NCBI GenBank assembly: GCA_964488685.1
Contig: CAZAVY010000001.1
Coordinates: forward strand, 52,462-116,461
Reading direction: 5' to 3'
Source: an uncultured Gammaproteobacteria bacterium
Lineage (GTDB): Bacteria > Pseudomonadota > Gammaproteobacteria > GCA-001735895
Length of the DNA stretch: 64,000 nucleotides
The notes under the pieces are model-generated. The model ran no database searches and was not told where the DNA came from. It saw nothing but the letters and a program-made list of their open reading frames with translations. Every line of letters starts with the position of its first letter. Positions within the stretch are counted from its first letter, which is position 1. The translations under genes were made by a program, and so were the position numbers. Shown in pieces: positions 48,919 to 58,514 of this stretch.

Positions 48919-50535
48919 ATGAGCCATCAATACATGTTTGACGTAGTCATCGTCGGCTCAGGTGCCGCGGGCCTGTCTGCAGCCCTGCACCTGCCGACCT
49001 CGCTCAAGGTCGCGATTCTAGCCAAAACCCGCAATGAGGGGCATTCCAGCTACTGGGCACAGGGTGGAATTTCAGCCGTACTGGAACCAGACGATAGTGT
49101 CGAACAGCACAGCATCGATACCATCGACGCAGGTGCAGGCCTGTGTGACGAAGCCAGTGTCAGATTTTGTGCGGCTGGCGGCAGACAGTGCATCGACTGG
49201 CTGGCCGGCCTCGGAATGCCATTTTCACGCGATCGCCAGGAGGTCAGTAGCAGCGGATTTCATTTAACACGTGAAGGAGGACATAGCCGGCGCAGAGTCG
49301 TTCATGCCGCCGATTCGACGGGTAAGGCGCTCCAGCAAACCCTGCAGGCCCATGTACATGAGCACAACAATATCCGCATCTTCAAACAGCATATCGCCAT
49401 CGATTTAATCCACCGGCAGCAACACTGCTATGGTCTTTATTCACTCAATCGCCAGAATCAGCATGTCGAAGTTTTCAAAGCGCGCAAGGTCATTCTGGCT
49501 ACCGGTGGTGCCAGCAAAGTATACCTGTACACAAGCAATCCAGATGGTTCGACCGGCGACGGTATCGCCATGGCATGGCGCGCCGGATGTCGCGTGGCCA
49601 ACATGGAATTCATTCAGTTCCATCCGACCTGCCTTTTTCATCCCGAGGCAAAATCGTTGCTAATTACTGAAGCCATACGCGGCGAAGGGGGTAAATTATT
49701 GCTGCCCGGAGGCGAACGATTTATGCCGCGATTCGACAAGCGCGAGGAGCTAGCACCGCGTGATGTAGTGGCACGTGCGATCGATCATGAAATGAAGCGC
49801 ATCGGCATTGACTGTGTGTATCTCGATATCAGTCATAAAAGCAGGGCTTTTATCAAGTCACACTTCCCCACTATTTATCAGCGCTGCCTGAAATTTGACA
49901 TCGATATAACCCGCGAACCCATCCCGGTAGTGCCCGCGGCCCATTACACCTGTGGTGGCGTGATGGTCGACCTCGACGGACGTACCGATCTCGAAAATCT
50001 ATATGCCGTCGGTGAAGTCGCGTATTCCGGTTTACATGGCGCCAACCGGATGGCCAGTAACTCATTGCTCGAATGCCTGGTGTTTTCACGGGCCGCCGCC
50101 TGCGAGATCGCCGGGGAAATTGATACCAGGGGCAACCTGCCGGCCCTCGAGCGCTGGGATGAATCCCAGGTAACCGACTCCGATGAAGATGTCGTGGTGG
50201 CGCACAATTGGGACGAATTAAGGCGTTTTATGTGGGATTACGTCGGTATCGTACGCACCAACAAACGCCTGGAGCGCGCCCTGCATCGGGCTGAACTTCT
50301 CAAGAGCGAGATCAATGAATACTATGGCAACTACAAGGTTTCTCCCGATCTCCTCGAGTTGCGTAACCTGGTCGTCGTTGCCGATCTGATTATCCGGTCT
50401 GCGTTGGCCCGCAAGGAAAGCCGTGGTCTGCACTTCACCCTCGACTACCCCCAAACCAGCGACGAGTTCCTGTCGCCGACCATCCTCGATCCAAAACAGA
50501 CAAAACAAAGCCCGGCCAAGCTCGCATCTATATAA
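48919..50535 (+). CDS. nadB: L-aspartate oxidase
   Basis: 538 aa with the FAD motif DVVIVGSGAAGLSAA and conserved WAQGGI, HPT and RGEGG motifs. It is divergent from rpoE, as in many gammaproteobacteria. Confidence 0.92.
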   Translation: MSHQYMFDVVIVGSGAAGLSAALHLPTSLKVAILAKTRNEGHSSYWAQGGISAVLEPDDSVEQHSIDTIDAGAGLCDEASVRFCAAGGRQCIDWLAGLGMPFSRDRQEVSSSGFHLTREGGHSRRRVVHAADSTGKALQQTLQAHVHEHNNIRIFKQHIAIDLIHRQQHCYGLYSLNRQNQHVEVFKARKVILATGGASKVYLYTSNPDGSTGDGIAMAWRAGCRVANMEFIQFHPTCLFHPEAKSLLITEAIRGEGGKLLLPGGERFMPRFDKREELAPRDVVARAIDHEMKRIGIDCVYLDISHKSRAFIKSHFPTIYQRCLKFDIDITREPIPVVPAAHYTCGGVMVDLDGRTDLENLYAVGEVAYSGLHGANRMASNSLLECLVFSRAAACEIAGEIDTRGNLPALERWDESQVTDSDEDVVVAHNWDELRRFMWDYVGIVRTNKRLERALHRAELLKSEINEYYGNYKVSPDLLELRNLVVVADLIIRSALARKESRGLHFTLDYPQTSDEFLSPTILDPKQTKQSPAKLASI

Positions 50536-50657
50536 ATTTACCGAAGTTCCCTTGAATGATATAAGCTGTACGGTGCTTTCAGAAGCCCGAATTGATGCCT
50601 GATTTGGATCGATGACTTGACACTGTACTGGGGATGGTGGGGTGTTAGAATTATCGG

Positions 50658-51074
50658 ATGATGGAGCAGCATAGAATTTCGGTGCAGACCCGGGGGCGCG
50701 AGACTATCGACATTTCGCGCGAGGTGGAACAGCTGTTGCGGGCGTCGCAAATTGAGCAAGGCTTATGCCACGTGTTTGTGCACCACACCAGTGCTTCGCT
50801 GATCATTACCGAGAATGCGGATAGCAATGTCCGTCGCGACCTCGAAAATTTCATCGCAAAACTGGTGCTCGATGGCGACCCGGACTACCGGCATGACCAG
50901 GAAGGACCCGACGATATGGCCGCCCACATCCGTTCGGTGCTGACACAATCCGAAATTACCATTCCGATCCAGGCCGGGAGGCTCGGCCTCGGGTCCTGGC
51001 AAGGTCTATTCCTGTGGGAACATCGCTACCAGGCTCACAGACGCAACATCACGATCACACTAAACGGCGTCTAA
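50658..51074 (+). CDS. yjbQ: YjbQ/UPF0047 family protein (secondary thiamine-phosphate synthase-like)
   Basis: 138 aa. GLCHVFVHHTSASLIITENADSNVRRDLE...DDMAAHIRSVL...GSWQGLFLWEHR is the UPF0047 pattern. Confidence 0.8.
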   Translation: MMEQHRISVQTRGRETIDISREVEQLLRASQIEQGLCHVFVHHTSASLIITENADSNVRRDLENFIAKLVLDGDPDYRHDQEGPDDMAAHIRSVLTQSEITIPIQAGRLGLGSWQGLFLWEHRYQAHRRNITITLNGV

Positions 51075-51246
51075 CTGACGTTAGCACAAGAATCGGGAGG
51101 GGTGCGGACATGGGATTCTCTTTGCGGGACCTGGCCTTGGCTTCGGGGAATTTCGGTTTAGGGGTAATCCGCAGTATTTATATTGCGATCGCCGCATAAA
51201 ACCGGAGAATGAAGCGCTAACTATCAGAACAAACCGAGGAATCATC

Positions 51247-51885
51247 ATGAAAATCATCCTGTTAGGAGCACCTGGAGCGGGTAAAGGCACGATCGCTAAA
51301 GCTCTGATGAAGTATGATGGTTCAGTGCAGATTTCTACCGGGGATATTTTGCGTGGCGCCGTCGCCGCCGGCACCGAACTGGGTCAACAGGCGGAGACTG
51401 CGATGAAGGCCGGGGACCTGGTCACCGATGAATTGATCATGGGTATCATGGAACAACGCCTGCAACAGGAAGACTGTCAGAAAGGATACCTGCTCGACGG
51501 GTTTCCGCGCACCATACCCCAGGCCGAGGCTCTGAAAACATTACTTGCCAAACTGGGAGAGAAGCTCGATTGCGCGCTGGAGTTGGATATACCACGTGAT
51601 GTAATAATCGACCGACTGACTACCCGGCGCACCTGCAGCAACTGTGGCGAGATCTACAATGTTAAATCGAAACCGCCCAGGGTAGAAGGCCTGTGTGATG
51701 TTTGTGGCAGCAAAATTGTGCAACGCGACGATGAAACCGAACAGGCAATTGAAAATCGGTTGCAGGTTTACAACCAACAGACCGCACCCCTGGTCGAGTT
51801 TTATCGCAATGAAGATTTACTGGTACGCGTTTCGAGCTCCGACAAAGACGTGGTTATGGAAGCCCTGAAAAGCCGCATAAATTAA
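51247..51885 (+). CDS. adk: Adenylate kinase
   Basis: 212 aa with the P-loop GAPGAGKGT and a zinc-type lid (CSNCG...CDVCG). Confidence 0.93.
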   Translation: MKIILLGAPGAGKGTIAKALMKYDGSVQISTGDILRGAVAAGTELGQQAETAMKAGDLVTDELIMGIMEQRLQQEDCQKGYLLDGFPRTIPQAEALKTLLAKLGEKLDCALELDIPRDVIIDRLTTRRTCSNCGEIYNVKSKPPRVEGLCDVCGSKIVQRDDETEQAIENRLQVYNQQTAPLVEFYRNEDLLVRVSSSDKDVVMEALKSRIN

Positions 51886-51900
51886 TCCGGTAGAGTCGGT

Positions 51901-52263
51901 TTACCTGGCTTCAATTTCGATACGCTCGATCTCGGCCACAAACACCTGCAGTCCATTGATCGTGGTAAATCCTTCGCTGTCGATTTCATTTTTCATCACC
52001 CGGTAGGACCGGGTTTCGCCCGATTGCGTGTTGACAACATTCACCGTAACAACGGCAGCGCGTTGATCGACTTCGAGATAAATCATGATGCCGGCGGCGA
52101 CCGCCATGACCAGCATGAACCCAAGCGCTGCATATCGCAGTTGCTTTTTTTTGCGTTCCACGGCCGGGTTCGGGATTACCTGGAGTTCAGGTGTGGCGCG
52201 GGCCGACAACATCCACATGCATGCCATTATTACCGCGAGAGTTAATAGTATTTTACTAATCAT
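51901..52263 (-). CDS. Hypothetical membrane protein (two TM helices plus a beta-rich C-terminal domain)
   Basis: 120 aa with two hydrophobic helices (ILLTLAVIMACMWML and AALGFMLVMAVAAGIMIYL). I recognise no family. Confidence 0.5.
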   Translation of the reverse strand: MISKILLTLAVIMACMWMLSARATPELQVIPNPAVERKKKQLRYAALGFMLVMAVAAGIMIYLEVDQRAAVVTVNVVNTQSGETRSYRVMKNEIDSEGFTTINGLQVFVAEIERIEIEAR

Positions 52264-52276
52264 TTAAATTCGAAGC

Positions 52277-52446
52277 GCTAGGAGTCTGTCGGGCTTAGGG
52301 TGTCGTAGCGAGGGAAAGGCATTTTGAGTCAGATTTTTCTATCGAATGAGGCGAATAGTCACTCATATTCAACGAATTGGATAGGAATATCTGGCCAAAA
52401 TGCCTTTTCCGCAGTAGATTTATCCTAAGTCCGACAGACTCCTAGC
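52277..52446. repeat. 170-bp long imperfect palindrome (MITE-like element or structured RNA)
   Basis: The terminal arms GCTAGGAGTCTGTCGGGCTTAGG (52277-52299) and CCTAAGTCCGACAGACTCCTAGC (52424-52446) have 1 mismatch in 23. An inner perfect 12-bp pair is AAAGGCATTTTG / CAAAATGCCTTT. Further partial pairing runs toward a central loop near 52360. Confidence 0.65.
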
Positions 52447-52687
52447 CTGCCGATTGCACGAAGCGAATGAATGCCGGCGAAAATGTGACAACCCAGGCTG
52501 AACCCTCGCCCGCCGATGCATAGCCGTGGGCGCGCATCACGGGGGATGGTCCAGGATTGGCAGTCAGAATATTGATGTACACCGTCCATGGCGCACACCC
52601 CTGTGGGGTCGCCGCGCGGTCCAAATCTGCTCCCGGCAGATTTGTCCTAGTCTGGTTCAGGCGCATACTGTAAAAACTATCATTCAT
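52442..52687 (-). CDS. Questionable hypothetical ORF (81 aa)
   Basis: Open frame downstream of the ABC ATPase gene. I recognise no motif. Its stop lies inside the palindromic element. An overlapping plus-strand ORF of similar length exists. Confidence 0.2.
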   Translation of the reverse strand: MNDSFYSMRLNQTRTNLPGADLDRAATPQGCAPWTVYINILTANPGPSPVMRAHGYASAGEGSAWVVTFSPAFIRFVQSAG

Positions 52688-52760
52688 GTAAATAATTGTT
52701 ACTTCACTTCAAATCATATTCCCAGGCCACTCGCAGCGCCGACCTCGTGCAATATGAAGG

Positions 52761-53807
52761 CTAGTTACGGGAAAACGTGACCAGGTGGTCAACATTGAGC
52801 CGAATCCCGATGCGTTCGTTAATTTTATGGTTATGGTGACTGGGTGCAAGACACAATACCTCGATTCCACTGTCCATTCTCAAAAAATACAGGAAATCGG
52901 CGCCTCTAAAGGCTTTGTCAATGACTATTGCCGACTCTTCAGACTCATCATCATGAATCACGTCGTCGGGTCGGATAAGGACATCTACCATAGAGCCCGG
53001 TTCACTATCGATGCTGTTTTCGCCGCGGATCAGACCCAGACCTGTGTTGACACTATAGGGGCTTTCCACCGTGGCGGAAATTATAACGCCCTGTCCGACA
53101 AAATCTGCGACAAATCGATTTGCCGGTCGATGATACAGATCATAACCACTACCCTGCTGCTGGATACTCCCCTCATGCATGACACAAATCTTGTCGGCCA
53201 TCGCAAATGCTTCATTTTGATCATGGGTAACCAGGATGGCCGTGTTATTTTCCTGCTTGAGGATACTTCTGACTTCACGTGCCAATTGTTCCCGCAAATC
53301 CACTTCCATATTCGAAAACGGCTCGTCGAGTAAAAGAATTCCGGGACCCGGAGCCAGCGCCCGGGCCAGTGCGACACGTTGCTGCTGTCCGCCCGATAGT
53401 TGATGCGGGTAGGCTTTGGCAAAGGCCGGCATACCAACGATCGCTAGCATTTCCTGAACTCGAACCAGCTGCTGGTGTTGCGCCATTGTCTTCAACCCAA
53501 AGCTGACGTTATCCTCGACCCTGAGGTGCGGAAACAGCGCAAAGTCCTGAAACACCATCCCGATATTGCGTTTTTCAGGCGGCAAGGTGCAATTTCGTGA
53601 ACTGACTTCGACACCAGCAAAATATATTCGCCCACTCCAGACGGGTTCAAATCCAGCAATTGCGCGCAGCACTGTGGTTTTACCACAACCACTGGGGCCC
53701 AGAATACATCCGATCTCACCGGCATCGAGAGAAAAGCTGACCTGGTTTAACACCTGGTGATCTTCATAGCCGGCATCCAGGTTTTCAACCTTCAGTTGCG
53801 AAGTCAT
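52761..53807 (-). CDS. ABC importer ATP-binding protein (FbpC/PotA-like, with C-terminal TOBE-like domain)
   Basis: 348 aa with Walker A GPSGCGKTT, the signature LSGGQQQRVALARAL and Walker B ILLLDEPFS. A regulatory-type C-terminal extension is present. Confidence 0.85.
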   Translation of the reverse strand: MTSQLKVENLDAGYEDHQVLNQVSFSLDAGEIGCILGPSGCGKTTVLRAIAGFEPVWSGRIYFAGVEVSSRNCTLPPEKRNIGMVFQDFALFPHLRVEDNVSFGLKTMAQHQQLVRVQEMLAIVGMPAFAKAYPHQLSGGQQQRVALARALAPGPGILLLDEPFSNMEVDLREQLAREVRSILKQENNTAILVTHDQNEAFAMADKICVMHEGSIQQQGSGYDLYHRPANRFVADFVGQGVIISATVESPYSVNTGLGLIRGENSIDSEPGSMVDVLIRPDDVIHDDESEESAIVIDKAFRGADFLYFLRMDSGIEVLCLAPSHHNHKINERIGIRLNVDHLVTFSRN

Positions 53808-55474
53808 GAACCCGCTCTCGAACTGGAAATACTGTGGCTCAACAGGATAACCGGTAGCAAGCCTACCGCTACTATCATCAACGCCGCGGTAGAAGAATCG
53901 GCGAGGCGTTCATCGGCCGCCAATTCATAAGCTCGAACGGCCAGGGTATTGAAATTGAAAGGGCGCAGTATCAAGGTGGCAGGCAATTCTTTCATAACAT
54001 CGACAAACACGATCAGGAAGGCCGTCATTACCGTCCCCTTCATCAATGGCAGATGTACGCGCATCAAAATCTGGATTGGGGTATAGGACAGGGAACGTGC
54101 CGCGTCATCCATAGAAAGCTTTATCTTTACCAACCCCGATTCGACCGATTGTATCGAGATCGCAAGAAAGCGAACCATGTAGGCAAACATTACCGCAAAC
54201 AGACTACCGCTTAGCAGCAGTCCACTGGAAAATCCGTAATGCTCGCGCATCAAGCTATCGAGACTATTGTCGATCCAGGCGAAGGGGATGATAACTCCCA
54301 CTGCGACCACGGTGCCTGGTATCGCGTAACCGGTCGCAACCACGCGGATCGATGCCGCTACCATCCTGCTTTTGAAAATTCGTTTTCCGTAAACCAGGAA
54401 AAGCGCTAATAACACTGCAAGAGCCGCCGCGCTTAAGGCCAGAGTAACGGAGTGTAGCGTAAGCTTGATAAAGGTAACATCGACCATTTCCGTGTAGGTT
54501 TCGCTGGCCCATAGAACAAGCTGGAAAGCCGGTAGCATGAAACCCAGAAACAGAGGCAGAATACAGGCACCGAGTGCGAATGCTCGTTGCCAGCCACAGA
54601 GATGATATTGCGGCAAGGAACTATAACGATTGGAGGTATGATGGTACTGCGCACGTTTTCGCGAACCGCGTTCGATCACGACCAGCACAAACACGAACAT
54701 CAGCAGAATAGCGGCGAGTTTTGCTGCGGCAGCACCGTCTCCAAGACCAAACCAGGTGCGAAAAATACCGGTTGTAAACACACCGAGGCCGAAATAAGAA
54801 ACCATGCCATAGTCGGCCAGCGTTTCCATCAAAGCCAGCGACAGGCCCGCCACGATTGCGGGTCGCGCCAGTGGCAAGGCGACCCGGTAAAAACTCGACC
54901 ATACCGAACACCCCAGAGTCCGACTCACTTCGAGAACGCAAACCGATTGCTGCAGAAATGCAGCGCGTGACAACAGGTAAACATAGGGATAAAGCACCAA
55001 CGAAAACATCGTAACCGCACCACCGAGGGAACGAATCTGTGGAAAATAATAATCGCGGTAGCCCCAGCCGGTTAATTCCCGAATCCAGGATTGCACCGGA
55101 CCCGCATAATCGAACATCCCGGTGTAGGTATAGGCGATTATGTAACCCGGAAACGCGAGCGGCAATAACAGAGCCCAGGCAAAAAAACGCTTTCCAGGAA
55201 ATACGCAGACACTGGTTAACCAGGCGCATCCCACACCGATAATCAGGGTGCCTGCACCGACGCCTAACATCAGTAGCGCAGAATTAAAGAGATATTCAAC
55301 CAGGACCGTATCGAGTAAATGCTGCCAGATTTCATTACTGGGATGACCAATAAAACTCGCGATCGTAAAAATCGGAAGGCTGAACAGGATCGCAACCAGT
55401 AATATTCCGGGTTTCCAGAAGCGTTGCAGGTAGGGATAACTTGCAGAAAAAGTATTCAAGTATTTACTGCTCAA
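53804..55474 (-). CDS. Two-domain ABC importer permease (FbpB/ThiP-like, ~12 TM)
   Basis: 556 aa polytopic protein with a duplicated BPD-transporter-type membrane domain. It has a 4-nt overlap with the ATPase gene and a TTG start. Confidence 0.8.
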   Translation of the reverse strand: MSSKYLNTFSASYPYLQRFWKPGILLVAILFSLPIFTIASFIGHPSNEIWQHLLDTVLVEYLFNSALLMLGVGAGTLIIGVGCAWLTSVCVFPGKRFFAWALLLPLAFPGYIIAYTYTGMFDYAGPVQSWIRELTGWGYRDYYFPQIRSLGGAVTMFSLVLYPYVYLLSRAAFLQQSVCVLEVSRTLGCSVWSSFYRVALPLARPAIVAGLSLALMETLADYGMVSYFGLGVFTTGIFRTWFGLGDGAAAAKLAAILLMFVFVLVVIERGSRKRAQYHHTSNRYSSLPQYHLCGWQRAFALGACILPLFLGFMLPAFQLVLWASETYTEMVDVTFIKLTLHSVTLALSAAALAVLLALFLVYGKRIFKSRMVAASIRVVATGYAIPGTVVAVGVIIPFAWIDNSLDSLMREHYGFSSGLLLSGSLFAVMFAYMVRFLAISIQSVESGLVKIKLSMDDAARSLSYTPIQILMRVHLPLMKGTVMTAFLIVFVDVMKELPATLILRPFNFNTLAVRAYELAADERLADSSTAALMIVAVGLLPVILLSHSISSSRAGS

Positions 55475-55676
55475 AAATGTCAGGGAAACCGGTAAAGATC
55501 AAACCGATTATGATTATTTCCTGCAATCCAGTTAAATAAATTGGTTTGCGACTCGGTTTCAGCGCTAAACTTGTCATGCATGGAATTGATAGGAGCTCGT
55601 AATCGCAGCGCAAATTTTAATGAATAATAGGTCTAATGCAAATAATAACAGTTCTCATTTACATTAGACATCCTAT

Positions 55677-58511
55677 ATGAACTCTCTTTTCGACAATCGA
55701 GGCCTGCTAAAAGAAAATCGATTTCAATGGCAGGATGTCTCCGACAAGCTTGAATCGAATCAGGTGCAGGCCGACGCGGTGAAAAAAATCGAGCGTCTGG
55801 CAGTGGCTAGTCCCTATGCCCTGCATCAATTACAACGTAACCCCGAAATGATCGATTCGTTACTCAAACTTGAAAAATTCGCCCTGGCCGCAAAAATTAT
55901 CGATCTTGCATCCGATCAAAAAGTTGACCTCGATCAAGCCAAACAACAACTTCGACTATATCGTCATCAAAAACTGGTGGAGATAATTTTTCTTGACGTG
56001 GTGCTGGCCAATCCGCTCAAACTAACGCTACGACACCTCAGCGATCTCGCAGATCAACTCGTGCAAAGCGCTCTGAATTCCTGCCAACAACATCTTTCCA
56101 GGAAACATGGTCAACCCTTCGAAGCCAATGGCGATGCCATGGAGTTGAATGTAATCGCCATGGGTAAGCTCGGTGGACGTGAGCTTAATTTTTCATCCGA
56201 TATCGACCTTATCTGCTGCTATGACAGCGATGGAGAACTCAGCGGATACGGACAGCTGAGCTACCAGGACTATTTTAGCCGCCTGGTACGTTTGCTGAAC
56301 CAGGTGCTAAGCGACACCACCGCCGAAGGGTTTGTCTATAGAGTCGACCTGCGACTACGTCCCTGGGGGGAATCAGGACCGGTCGTTCTGAGCCACGCTG
56401 CACTTGAGCACTACTACCAGTTACACGGTCGCGAATGGGAGCAGTACGCGATGGTGAAGGCACGCGTAATCACGGGTAGTGACACCAGTCGCAGCTATCT
56501 TGGATCGATGTTAAAGCCTTTCATATATCGCAGGTATCATGACTACCGCGTGTTCGAAGGCCTCGCCAGGCTAAAACAGAAAATAGATTCGCAGGCAAAA
56601 TCGAAAGCAATGCGAATCAATATAAAAGTCGGTCAGGGCGGCATTCGTGAGATCGAGTTTTTCGTGCAGGCATTCCAGATTCTGAAAGGAGGTCGTAACC
56701 GTCAATTACAGAATACCGAAATATTCGAATGCTTCGACGTCCTCGAGCAACACAACATCGTGGATGTCGAAACCATAAAAAACCTGCGCGCCGCTTACTG
56801 CTTTTTGCGCCAGCTCGAAAATCGTATCCAGATGTACCAGGACCAGCAAACCCATGATTTACCCGAAAACTCAGGGCAGCAGGCCCGCCTCGCTGCAACC
56901 ATGGATTTTGCAGACTGGAATGCGCTCATCGAAACCCTGGAGCAACATCGCCAGCGGGTTAACGCATGTTTTATCGAGCTTTTCAAACACCAGGCCGAAA
57001 CCGAACCCGGATTCGTTATCGACGACAGCTTTGCGGATGAATCCGATGACAGCAGGCAGTGGGAATTCATCTCCAGCTCGGGTATCGACGATGCCGGGCA
57101 GATAAACCAGCTGTTGAACCGATTCATACAATCCAAAGCCTGGGTTTACATGTCTACCAGGGCCAGGCATCGCTTCACGACCTTGCTGCCCCGATTACTC
57201 GAAGCGATTCATTCCTGTCATCCACCAGGACTGATTTTTGATCGTTTCATGCGACTGTTCTCGTCGATAGCGGGTCGCAGTGTTTATTTTGAGCTACTTT
57301 TTCAAAACCCGGCACTACTGGGAAAACTGGCCTCCCTGTTCGAAAAAAGCGCATGGATCGCAGCCGAAGTGTCCGCTTACCCGATGCTACTCGAGAACCT
57401 GATTCAATCCGGCGATGCAGACCGCTTCGACAAGATCGTTTTATTCGAAGGTTTACAACAGCAACTTGCCAATGTCGAGGGAGATACCGAACTTGAGCTG
57501 GACAGTCTGCGATTGTTCAAACGCGAGCAAACCCTGGTGATTGCCAGTGCAGAACTGGCCCGGGAAATCGACGCCGCCAGGGTCAGTCGTTACTTATGTG
57601 AACTCGCAGAGGTTGTACTCGAGTCGGTTTACCGCCTCGCCGACAAGGCCCTGGAACGCCAATATGGTATGCCTGAATGTGTCGAGCAAGGGAACCGACG
57701 CAAAGCCAATTTCGCGATCATCGGCTATGGCAAACTCGGTGGGTTTGAAATGCATTACCAGTCCGACCTCGATCTCATTTTCCTGCACGATTCAAACGGC
57801 GAACAGCAACAAACCAACGGTGCCAAATGTATCGAGAACTCGGTTTACTTCGCGCGCCTGGCTCAGAAGATAATCTCAATGACCAGCGTATTGACAGCCT
57901 CGGGCAAACTCTACGAGATCGACTCGAGACTTCGACCGGAAGGGTCGTCCGGGTTGTTGGTATCGACGACCCATGCCTTCCTGGGTTACCAACTGGAAAA
58001 AGCCTGGACCTGGGAACACCAGGCGCTGGTCAGGGCACGCCTGGTCGCTGGCTGTAACTTACTCGGACCTGAATTTGATCGAATTCGCGAACGGGTGCTC
58101 AGGCTGCCTCGTGACGATCGGCAGTTGCAACAGGACATCGTCAAAATGCGCGAGCGAATTTACCAGGCCAAACGACCGCAGGAAGGCGAACGCCGCGATT
58201 TAAAACAATCGCATGGCGGCATGGTCGATATCGAGTTCCTGGTGCAATACTGGGTTCTTGCGCAGGCAAATAATATTGCCTCCGATTGTTTATATTCTGA
58301 TAATATCAGTTTGCTCAACCTGTTATTCCGGTTAAATCTGATCACCGCTTCGCAATCGCAGCTGGTTGAAATTTACCAGGTATATCACCGGTTGTCGCAC
58401 CAATCCATGCTGCAAAATCAGTCAACCGAGATTGATGCCGAACGGGTCGCCGAGCATCTAAATTATGTGGTAAATTGCTGGAACGAATGTTTCAGCCTGC
58501 TGGAGAAATAA
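55677..58511 (+). CDS. glnE: Bifunctional glutamine synthetase adenylyltransferase / adenylyl-removing enzyme
   Basis: 944 aa with two nucleotidyltransferase modules (GKLGGRELNFSSDIDLICCYD and GKLGGFEMHYQSDLDLIFLHD). Confidence 0.92.
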   Translation: MNSLFDNRGLLKENRFQWQDVSDKLESNQVQADAVKKIERLAVASPYALHQLQRNPEMIDSLLKLEKFALAAKIIDLASDQKVDLDQAKQQLRLYRHQKLVEIIFLDVVLANPLKLTLRHLSDLADQLVQSALNSCQQHLSRKHGQPFEANGDAMELNVIAMGKLGGRELNFSSDIDLICCYDSDGELSGYGQLSYQDYFSRLVRLLNQVLSDTTAEGFVYRVDLRLRPWGESGPVVLSHAALEHYYQLHGREWEQYAMVKARVITGSDTSRSYLGSMLKPFIYRRYHDYRVFEGLARLKQKIDSQAKSKAMRINIKVGQGGIREIEFFVQAFQILKGGRNRQLQNTEIFECFDVLEQHNIVDVETIKNLRAAYCFLRQLENRIQMYQDQQTHDLPENSGQQARLAATMDFADWNALIETLEQHRQRVNACFIELFKHQAETEPGFVIDDSFADESDDSRQWEFISSSGIDDAGQINQLLNRFIQSKAWVYMSTRARHRFTTLLPRLLEAIHSCHPPGLIFDRFMRLFSSIAGRSVYFELLFQNPALLGKLASLFEKSAWIAAEVSAYPMLLENLIQSGDADRFDKIVLFEGLQQQLANVEGDTELELDSLRLFKREQTLVIASAELAREIDAARVSRYLCELAEVVLESVYRLADKALERQYGMPECVEQGNRRKANFAIIGYGKLGGFEMHYQSDLDLIFLHDSNGEQQQTNGAKCIENSVYFARLAQKIISMTSVLTASGKLYEIDSRLRPEGSSGLLVSTTHAFLGYQLEKAWTWEHQALVRARLVAGCNLLGPEFDRIRERVLRLPRDDRQLQQDIVKMRERIYQAKRPQEGERRDLKQSHGGMVDIEFLVQYWVLAQANNIASDCLYSDNISLLNLLFRLNLITASQSQLVEIYQVYHRLSHQSMLQNQSTEIDAERVAEHLNYVVNCWNECFSLLEK

Positions 58512-58514
58512 TCG

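Noticed and set aside
52277-52446. The long palindrome as an Rsm/Csr-type sRNA.
   Set aside because: It has only a few GGA motifs, which are not positioned in multiple hairpin loops. It has no recognisable GacA box or terminator. I kept it only as a generic repeat or structured element.
55620-55665. A Fur-box-like AT-rich stretch (AATAATAACAGTTCTCATT) just upstream of glnE.
   Set aside because: Only about 11 of 19 positions match the GATAATGATAATCATTATC consensus by hand alignment. It lies about 165 nt from the iron-type permease start. This is indistinguishable from generic AT-rich promoter DNA.
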